Below, piece after piece: positions 54,821 through 64,000 of a stretch of DNA of 64,000 nucleotides. The position numbers and the translations under genes are program-made. The stretch is taken from the NCBI GenBank assembly GCA_964016885.1, contig OZ024740.1, forward strand, positions 410,750,001-410,814,000, read 5' to 3'. A model generated the notes under the pieces. That model searched no databases and was not told the origin of the DNA. It worked only from the letters and a program-made list of their open reading frames with translations. How positions within the stretch are numbered: the stretch's first letter is position 1; each line of letters opens with the position of its first letter. The stretch comes from Eledone cirrhosa. Lineage: Eukaryota.

Positions 54821-57800
54821 TAGGGTGGCTCTTATTATTTAACTTTCTAAAGGTTTAGCTCCCACCCCCAATCTTGTTCCAATTAACAGAAAACCAATTT
54901 CTGTAAAGTTTTAGCTCAATCAGACAACTGCAAGGCGATCCTCATCGACCGTGAAATTTTGACGTTTTCGCTCAGAAAATCATTTTTTCAGATAACATTT
55001 TTTTACCATTTATATCATTTTCTCTTAAGTTAAAAACTTGTTCAGACTTATTCTTGGTATTAGAAGGATAAGTGACAATAAATATAATGGGGAAGGAAAC
55101 TTGCAAAGTTGGGGACAGAGCGCAGGTATAGGGCAAACACCTATTTTTTGCTGTGGGAGCAGCAAAATTTTAACTTTTGGAAAATTACCTATTGCTAAGG
55201 GCCACCCTAATACACACACGTATATATATATGTGCTTCACACCTGGTTTGGGGTTAGAACGAAAGCCTGTTGAGAAAGTAAATTCCTCTCTTCGATCTTC
55301 CAGAAACCTAACTTGTATACACCACAAGCGGATTTTGTTGATTTCGGATTTACAGAAACCTCACTTGGATATTCAGTAATTTCCAAGTGACGGTCCAGGT
55401 ATGTTATATATATACAGATATGTGCATATATGTATGTAAGTATGTATGTATATTTTTATATGTATATATATATGTGTGTATTTCCTTTTCTCACTAGTCA
55501 GTTCTTTCGTTGCTACAGATCACGCGGCTAAATTAGCGGTCACTATTTTCAATTTGCAAAGCCCTTTAAACTGTATGTTATTACTCTGAGGTTTATTCCT
55601 TGTCGAGTGCTTGGCTCCACCGCTTGAAGGCATTCGTTGGCTTGGCTGCTGATCGAACTTCGAATATGCTATACTATTGTATATATATATGATATATATA
55701 TACTCTTACTATCCTTGCTTTCATATTTCTCGTTGCTCCTATTTTCTCATTGTATTTGTATATAAACAAGTACATAGATATAATGAGAAGCGGAGAGCAA
55801 GGAGAGTAATGAGAAAAGGAGAGCAAGGAGAGCAATGAGAAAAGGAGAGCAAGGAGACCCAATTAGAAAAGGAGAGCAAGGAGAGCAATGGGAAAAGGAG
55901 AGCAAGGAGAGTAATGAGAAAAGGAGAGCAAGGGGAGCAATGAGAAAAGGAGAGCAAGGAGAGTAAGGAGAAAAGGAGAGCAAGGAGGATAGGAGAGCAA
56001 GGAGTGCAAGGAGAGCGAGGAGAAAAAGGAGAGGAAGGAAAAGGGGAGTACAAGGAGAGCAAGGAGAGTAAGGAGAAAGGGAGAACAAGGAGAGCAAGGA
56101 AAGCCATGAGAAAAGGAGAGCAAGGAGAGCCAATTAGAAGCGGAGAGCAAGGAGAGTAATGAGAAAAGGAGAGCAAGGAGAGCAATGAGAAAAGGAGAGC
56201 AAGGAGACCCAATTAGAAAAGGAGAGCAAGGAGAGCAATGAGAAAAGGAGAGCAAGGAGAGTAATGAGAAAAGGAGAGCAAGGGGAGCAATGAGAAAGGA
56301 GAGCAAGGAGAGTAAGGAGAGAAGGAGAGCAAGGAGGATAGGAGAGCAAGGAGTGCAAGGAGAGCAAGGAGAAAAAGGAGAGGAAGGAAAAGGGGAGTAC
56401 AAGGAGAGTAAGGAGAGTAAGGAGAAAGGGAGAACAAGGAGAGCAAGGAGAGCCATGAGAAAAGGAGAGCAAGGAGAGCCAATTAGAAAAAGAGAGCAAG
56501 GAGAGCAATGAGAAAAGGAGAGCAAGGAGAGTAATGAGAAAAGGAGAGCAAGGGGAGCAATGAGAAAAGAAGAGCAAGGAGGATAGGAGAGCAAGGAGAG
56601 TAATGAGAAAAGGAGAGCAAGGAGAGCAATGAGAAAAGGAGAGCAAGGAGAGCCAATTAGAAAAGGAGAGCAAGGAGAGCAATGAGAAAAGGAGAGTAAG
56701 GAGAGTAATGAGAAAAGGAGAGCAAGGGGAGCAATGGGAAAAGGGGAGCAAGGAGAGCAATGAGAAAAGGAGAGTAAGGAGAGCCAATTAGAAAAGGAGA
56801 GCAAGGAGAGCAAGGAGAAAAGGAGAGCAAGGAGAGCCAATTAGAAAAGGAGAGCAAGGAGAGCAATGAGAAAAGGAGAGCAAGGAGAGTAAGGATAAAA
56901 GGAGAGCAAGGGGAGCAATGAGAAAAGGAGAGCAAGGAGAGTAAGGAGAGCAAGGAGTGCAAGGAGAGCAAGGAGAGAAAGGAGAGGAAGGAAAAAGGGA
57001 GTAAAGGAGAGCAAGGAGAGTAAGGAGAAAGGGAGTACAAGGAGAGCCATTAGAAAAGGAGAGCAAGGAGAATAATGAGAAAAGGACAGCAAGGAGTGCA
57101 AGGAGAGATAGGAGAGGAAGGAAAAAAGGAGTACAAGGAGAGCAAGGAGAGTAAGGAGAAAGGGAGAACAAGGAGAGCAAGGATAGCAAATATTGTTCAA
57201 GTTATCCTGGAATCAGTCAAAGGTGATGAAGAGGAGGGAGAAAAAAATCAACTCTGCACCAACATGACTTTTATTTCGTCTTTTGTAATTCCTGGTACAC
57301 AAACTTTCTTCACAAGATTTTCTATTAGCACCTCGACAAAGACCCTTCAACATGAACGTATGATCCTGGTTACAAAGTGGACTTGAAAAACTTGAGAAGA
57401 CAGTTGCTGTGAATGAAGTTGCAGAAAGAGGTGTCAAACTCATTCTACAACTCATTCATAATATTCTCACAAAAGATGAATCTGAGAAACAATTTGTTTT
57501 ACAGATCGTTACCGCAAACCGTAAAACATACGCAACTGCCACTAAATCGTCTCTTATGCAAAACTAATGTTCAATATTCAGTGTTCAGTGTTCACATTAT
57601 GTTTTTGATTCTATAGAAATTATTGTTGTAAATAAAAATGCGTTTCTCTTATAGAAGTTGTGTGCTTTATTATGAAAACCTAATATTTCTTAAGATATTT
57701 CAGGAATTTTTCAAATTAACTATTGGTAAATTTGATTCAGAACGTTTTCAAACATTTGATGGCGTTGCCTAGATGTATCCACACATTTCTCTAAGAAGAA

Positions 57801-57996
57801 AAAAGAAAATGGTCGAGATAGGGAACAGTATACCGCTTTTGAACAGAATTAATCGTTGCGTATACTATGTTCCAAATTTGAGGCGTTTGCGGGTCACCTA
57901 ACAGTTGTCCGATTTTGCAGATTCCATGATTTTGTTGATTGAAAGAAGATTAGGGGTGGGAGCAGCATAATTGTAACTTTCTAAGGGCCACCCGTA
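54821..57996 (+). mobile_element. hAT-like (probably hATm-type) DNA transposon relic with an extra internal right end at 55196-55209
   Basis: Left TIR tagggtggctctta, right TIRs taagggccacccta and taagggccacccgta. Subterminal gctcccacccccaatctt is mirrored at 57946-57963. Transposase-like C-terminus VAVNEVAERGVKLI...ILTKDESEKQFVLQIV..NRK (57400-57565). Confidence 0.65.
55782..57187 (+). repeat. Purine-rich minisatellite, 9 bp unit AAGGAGAGC, with higher-order period of about 350 bp
   Basis: The unique variant gaagcggagagc occurs at 55787 and 56137. It reads locally as Gly-X-Y (GEQ, GEK, GVQ) but has many stops and frameshifts. Confidence 0.95.
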
Positions 57997-57997
57997 A

Positions 57998-58049
<52 letters not shown>

Positions 58050-58069
<20 letters not shown>

Positions 58070-58570
58070 GAGTATTGAAGTTTGGAATAATATTAGAAAA
58101 AGGAAGTAACGATTCTATACAAAACAGTGGATATAGAGAAAACGGAAGATATATTTAAGGGTCTGTTTTTCTTCTTTGATTCGTCAAAGTGACATTATTG
58201 AAAAGATAGTGTTATTAAAAAGATAATGTTATTAAAAAAAGAGAGGGACAATTCTTTAAAAAAATTTTTTTTATGAAGTATATAAAGTATATGAGAAAAT
58301 TACCGGTTTCGATGTATTAAAATCCATCTTGTCAAATGTAGTGTAAAAAATTAAAAAGAGTTGATAGGAGTAAAAAAAGAAAGGTTTAAAATTAAAATCA
58401 AAATCAAATGTTTGAATAATTTTTCTTCCATCCTGCTTCTTGAAAGGTTTGTTGGAAATGAGAACTAGTTGTTATTTTGTTTTTTTTGTAAGGGAGGAAG
58501 TTGATTTGAAAAATATGCTGTGAATGTATTGTTTAATGTAGTGGTCAATAGTTCAAAAGGGGATAGGGGA
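58050..58570 (-). mobile_element. Probable PLE 3' non-coding remnant with degenerate hammerhead (58299-58337)
   Basis: Minus strand: at TTGACAA gatg gattttaata catc GAAA ccgg TA at. Confidence 0.4.
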
Positions 58571-58865
58571 TTGTAATGCACTGGGTAATTGCTGGCCTTG
58601 TGCCAAAAAAGTAGAAACAATTAGCATATCAGTATATCTGTTACGAGGATGTAATACGTTTTTCATAACATAGCTTTATTGCAATATTGTGACTGATGGC
58701 TATTAAATAACTACACGTCTTTTATTCTTTCAGATAAATAAAGTATTGATTCAATTCTCAAATTCATATTTTAATTTTCATTGCTTATATTTTAAACGTC
58801 TACAAATTTCAGTGAGAAGGCTCTAGTTTCTTGACTACAACTTTTCTTTGACAACATACTAATTC

Positions 58866-59167
58866 CTGCAGGATAATAATATATCTAGCAGGATAATAAT
58901 ATATCTATCAGGATAGTCATACATCTAGCAGGATAATAATACATCTATAAGGATAATAATACATCTCGCAGGATAATAATACATCTAGCAGGATAATATT
59001 ACATCTAGCAGGATAATTTTACATCTAACAGGATAATACTACATCTAACAGGATAATACTACATCTAGCAGGATAATAATATATCTAATATTACAATAAT
59101 ACATCTAGCAGTATAATCATACATCTAGCAGGATAATACTACATCTAGCAAGATAATATTACATCTA
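58866..59167. repeat. 20 bp minisatellite (ACATCTAGCAGGATAATAAT), about 15 copies
   Basis: Head-to-tail units with no spacers. Confidence 0.95.
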
Positions 59168-61539
59168 ATATTACCTACTTAAAACCAAGTGTCGTTTTCA
59201 AAGACAAAAAAACATATGTTACAAACCATTACTATTTTGAGAAGCCTAACTCAGCCGAATGGTCACGTGGGATTACTGATGATTTCGAAAAGAAAAATTC
59301 TGAAACAAATTCGATGATTAACAGACACGGTAAAACGTAAAGGAAAGGTGTGATCAGTAAAATAGACAGTGTCTAGATAGTCGCAAAATATTTGTCCTTA
59401 TTCAACGAATATAATAATTATAAGGATGTGGATGAAACAACATAGGAACAATTATCATGGCTGTCTTTTACGTGAAGGACCTATAATTAAATGGGGACTT
59501 ACACCTCTCCAAATATTTTAATCAATAAAATTAGACATACAATGATTAGAAATAATGATATTTCTTGTTACGAATAGAAAAGAATATGACTGAAATTGAT
59601 TATAATTTGATTAGGAACATCCGGTTAAAATTGGTAAGATATCTGGTAAGTATTGCGATGATTACAGGAAAACTTCTTCCTCGAAGAATAATCTTACTCG
59701 TACTTAGAATGAATGTGAAAATATATCGGTTTCTAATGAAATGCATTCAGTTGTCAGGCGAATTATAATAATTATGTTGGTACACTGTTCATCTCCCCGG
59801 TCAGTATAAGGACTGCTAAGTACAAATAAGACTCTGCTTCTCTGAAGAGGTCTAAATATACCGAAGCGTATAATGATTTGTGATCATACTATTGATCAAA
59901 CGTACACTCCAGTGCATAACTAGTTACTTTGCTGCTTAATCAGTGTGGACATCGGAATTGTCTCACTGGTCTTTCTCAACAACAAATATCTGTAAATTTA
60001 ATGAGTTTTCTGGGGGGGGGGGTCTTTTGCATTAGGGTTAGAAGGGTAAGTTAGAACTTACAATAATGGCTGTAGACTGACTATAAACTTTGAGAAAACT
60101 GTATCATTAGTACATATTTCATTCCTTGTTGAGTCCTTGTAGTAGAGATTTCCAGCCCCAGGAAAGATGTGATCTGTCAAACTGACTTTTCGCTTATCAT
60201 TAATAAGAGATTATTTAGAAATATGAAACGCAGTACTTCCTTTTAGTAAATTGTTAATCATTTAATGAAGAGTATAAAACATATTGTTCATAATTTGATA
60301 TTCACGAATGAAGCTAGCAATTAAAATAATTATCTCTTAAAAATGATATGTGTTAGACTCTTCTACCTGATACAATAATTTATAATTCAGATTTCAGACA
60401 ATACAGACACGATTTCATAATCATTAAATTAACTTTCTGCATATTACTCATTTTTTAAAATTCGTTATAAACAGACAGCTCTGTGTAATGATGTTTCTAA
60501 CACCCAACTACCAATACATTAAAAATATGTTTTATCTCTATAAATCTGAATACCTTATAATGATAAATATATTAACCCACCCCTTCCGAATGATATATTC
60601 CGTTTGATATTATATTTCAGATTTAAAAAAAAACCTATAATTTATAAGTTTTACTTCACCTTAGTCCTCCTTATATTGCTGCTGAGTCTTGTGTGGATCA
60701 AAGCTTTTTCATAAAAAGAGTATTACCCTTTAGCCTATTTAGAATCCTATAAAAATATCTCACTTGTCTTTATCAACAAAGTATATACTCAAACTTATAC
60801 TTGAAATGATACACGATTTTAATTAACCATTCAAGATTAACTAAAATACAATTTCCGCTTAGTGAAATAAAGTCAGAACGCAGAGTTTCAGCATATAACA
60901 CAATGTATCTTATCGGTTACCCGAACCCGAACAATTCCGGCAATCCATGACCTGGATTGATACATTATTTTATCGAATCCGAAAATAAGAAAGACAAGAT
61001 TAACCTTAAGCGTACCGGAAGATAGTCCGCAGCGAATGTTGTCAAACGCTCTCACGACGTTACCCAATCGCCATTTGTGATAGATATTACATAAGGACTC
61101 CATATCCGTCAACCATAAGTTGGGTGAGAGATAAAATGAATACTATAGTGAAGTAAATAATTTCTATGAATTAAAGTTACGGGATTCCCACCACATCTGC
61201 ACACACACACAAACAGAACCTTTGAAAAAAATGAATTAGCCTCGTTCTCGTTGAAACGAATAAAAAAAACCCTAATATTTTAACAGCCCCTAAATTAACC
61301 GAACACACATAATTAACAGTAGACGCTAATCACCAACTCTAAAGTAACTGGTGACTAAAATCTGATTTACGCCAGAAAATAAAATATTACCGAGTTTTGA
61401 TGACCTACCTAGTTTGAGGTACAATTGAGATTTTACTTTCAAAATGAGGTTCCCTTCTCAATTTGTTAAATATTTTTAACTCAGTACACTTGTTAGGTAT
61501 TATATATACATACATACATGCATACCTACACACATACAA

Positions 61540-61573
<34 letters not shown>

Positions 61574-61674
61574 TAAAATAACAGATTAAAATTTAAGAAA
61601 AGAATCGCTGCTTTCACTCTTAACGGGATCTTCTCGAACCCTCTTCGGATGTTAGTCTTCTCGTTTATTATTAT

Positions 61675-61737
<63 letters not shown>

Positions 61738-61831
61738 CATACCCCCCCCCCACTCTCACCAAGCGTAAAACTAATAATACCTTATAACATTTACTCCTGC
61801 GCTTGCTTGTTTTTTGTGATCTGTTATTTCG

Positions 61832-61875
<44 letters not shown>

Positions 61876-61878
<3 letters not shown>

Positions 61879-62253
61879 AAAATGTTAGACCCCGACGGCA
61901 GAGCTCAAGCCGTTTCGACGGCTATTTCTGGACTACGTCCAGAAATATATATTTTCCTATTACCTACTCTACTATCCGATGTATTGAGTACTCTGTGCGT
62001 TGTGGTACATCTGGTTCCTCACCACACCTCCTTCGTCATATATATATATATAACGAAGGAAGTGTGGTAAGGAACCAGGTGGAACATAACACACCAGATT
62101 ACTCGATACTACGGGTTGTAGAGTAGGTAATAGGAAAATAGTCAGGACCCCGACGGCTGAGCTCCGGACGTTTCGACAGCTAGTTCTTAACAGTTCAGAA
62201 CTAGCTGTCGAAACGGCAGGAGCTCAGCCGTCGGGGTCCTGACTCTTTTCCTA
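61876..62253. mobile_element. Two palindromic-family elements tail to tail
   Basis: 61876-62038 (one arm plus tail) and 62052-62253 (inverted tail plus full palindrome 62131-62253), separated by (TA)n. Confidence 0.8.
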
Positions 62254-62278
62254 CCCCCCCCCCCATATATATATATAT

Positions 62279-62685
62279 ATAAATCAGCATATAGGGAAAC
62301 GTACCCATAGAGATGAGGTATGTGTTCAATCATAGGGGATCACAACACCATGCGCTATAAAACGCACATGTCTTTTCTCTATACTATGCATGTTTTTTTA
62401 GTTATCTAATATATTCTTAGAAATGTTGATCATATTGATAGGTACTCGCCGATGAGCCATCTACAATATGTATTCTTAACTTTTTATAGCGAAACATACT
62501 CTTATTTGAGCATATCCGGGTGTTATAGTTATAAATAGAGTGTTAGTACACTTTAATATATTCTTTTAATTGATTTATATTCACCATTGCTTCCGTAGAA
62601 AATATGTTCGTCACTCTGGTGGTTTTTGATCCCCTATGATTGAACACATATCTCTATGTATCCTTCTTTCTATATGTTGATTTAT
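62279..62685. repeat. MITE-like element with ~70 bp imperfect TIRs
   Basis: tatgtgttcaatcataggggatca / tgatcccctatgattgaacacata, with outer aaatca(g/a)catatag. Confidence 0.8.
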
Positions 62686-62846
62686 AAAGAGACCGGAATC
62701 TAATCCTTGAGCTCATTAAATCATAGGCGATAAATGTGTGTTTTTAACTCCGTATTTTAATTATATATATATATATTGAGTTAAGAACTCAGGGCAGTCC
62801 CTTACAGTTAAATAGCTCTAAGAAAGAAGCTTTTCCGAGCCGTAAA

Positions 62847-63128
62847 ATATAATTGAATAAACAAGAGAGATGGACACTAATATAAACATACATGTTTACG
62901 AATCGTAAGGACTAGAATTTGCTAGGGTAAAAAAAATACTAACTACAGCAATATAGTTTGTTATCCTTAACTTTAAATATTAAATTAAGAAAAATTAAGA
63001 AAAATAACAGACCTATATTGGGCAAAAATGCCTGACTGTAGTTAGTATTTTTTCACCCTACCAAATTTTAGTCCTTACGATTCGAATACATGTATTTTTA
63101 TATTAGTGTTCATCTCTCTTGTTTATTC

Positions 63129-63135
<7 letters not shown>
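62847..63135. repeat. MITE-like element with ~100 bp imperfect TIRs
   Basis: ataattgaataaacaagagagatg...aatactaactacag / ctgtagttagtatt...catctctcttgtttattcaattat. Confidence 0.85.
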
Positions 63136-63177
<42 letters not shown>

Positions 63178-63303
63178 AAAGTTTTATTTAAAATGTTGGG
63201 TTACAAGGAGTAAATATTTTATAACTGATATAAAAGCACTCAACAAGTTTTGGAGTATTTTACGATATTAAACAAATGGAAATTACATTTATAAAACCAT
63301 ATT

Positions 63304-63369
63304 TATTTCATTATATATATTTCAGGGATATCATATTAAAAATATGGTATGCCCTCTTCAGACAAAATA
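63304..63369 (-). ncRNA. Type I hammerhead ribozyme motif, core intact
   Basis: tattttgt CTGAAGA gggcataccatatt ttt aatatgatatccct GAAA tatata TA atgaaata: 8 bp stem I (2 GU) and a long stem II. Confidence 0.72.
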
Positions 63370-64000
63370 CAATATATAGACAGTTTTATAAATAAATTTG
63401 ACATACCTTAGAGTTTACAACTTCCATTTAAAAAGTTGTTACGGTAGTGAAAATGTTAAGGACGGTTAGAAAGAAAGACGGAGAAAAAAGGAAAAAAAGG
63501 AAAAAGAAAAAGAAGGAGAAAAGAAAAAGAAAGAGCGGAAGGTGAAGAAGATGAAGAAATGTATGTAAAGAGAAAACCATCAAATGAGAGATCTATGAGG
63601 GAAGGGGGTACTGTAATTATTCATTTGTTTATTTATTTATTTAGTGTTAAGGATACGGGGAGAAATAAAAACAAAAATAAATAAGGAGAAGTAGATCGAG
63701 TAATATCTATTATACGAGGTGGGAGAGATAGGGGAGGGGTGATATACAGGAGATAGAGTTAAAACAGCCGATATAAGAGTAGAGGGAGGAGGAGAGGAGA
63801 TATACTTAGAAACAAAAATGATAGTTTTAAAATATTATGTTTCATCAGTCTATCAATTCCTATGAATTATAATGTAAACATCAATATTCATGAATGAGAC
63901 ACATATCAATAATGTGTGAAAAAATAGTGACTATATGTTTAGTTTAAAAATTCATAGGTTTATAATCAAAATCTGAGATAAAACCTCAAAAAATACTGGA

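Noticed and set aside
55674-57200. Long hydrophobic Leu/Ser ORFs (up to 325 aa), or an intact collagen gene
   Set aside because: The ORFs are the pyrimidine strand of the minisatellite. The Gly-X-Y frame has many stops and frameshifts and no collagen terminal domains.
58866-59167. CRISPR-like array
   Set aside because: The 20 bp units are contiguous with no unique spacers, there are no cas genes, and the context is eukaryotic.

Overview
AT-rich animal genomic DNA, not prokaryotic. It is probably from an octopod cephalopod, inferred from the dominant tRNA-derived SINE family and the extreme (TA)n/(CA)n load. I find no intact host protein-coding gene, and most ORF-track entries are microsatellite or SINE read-through. 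The window is a graveyard of mobile elements: at least six Penelope-like element (PLE) relics, two RTE LINEs, RLE-type (R4/Dong-like) and Tx1-like LINE pieces, Helitrons, a mariner, a hAT-like element holding a 1.4 kb collagen-like minisatellite, over 20 copies of one SINE, and many fold-back elements. The strongest non-obvious signal is a dense set of type I hammerhead ribozyme motifs. I see four with an intact catalytic core and plausible stems, and about ten degenerate ones. Two related copies have different stem II sequences that both pair. A family of (TA)n-embedded palindromes looks like a hammerhead 3' half folded back at stem II. All calls were made by eye, so coordinates are approximate.
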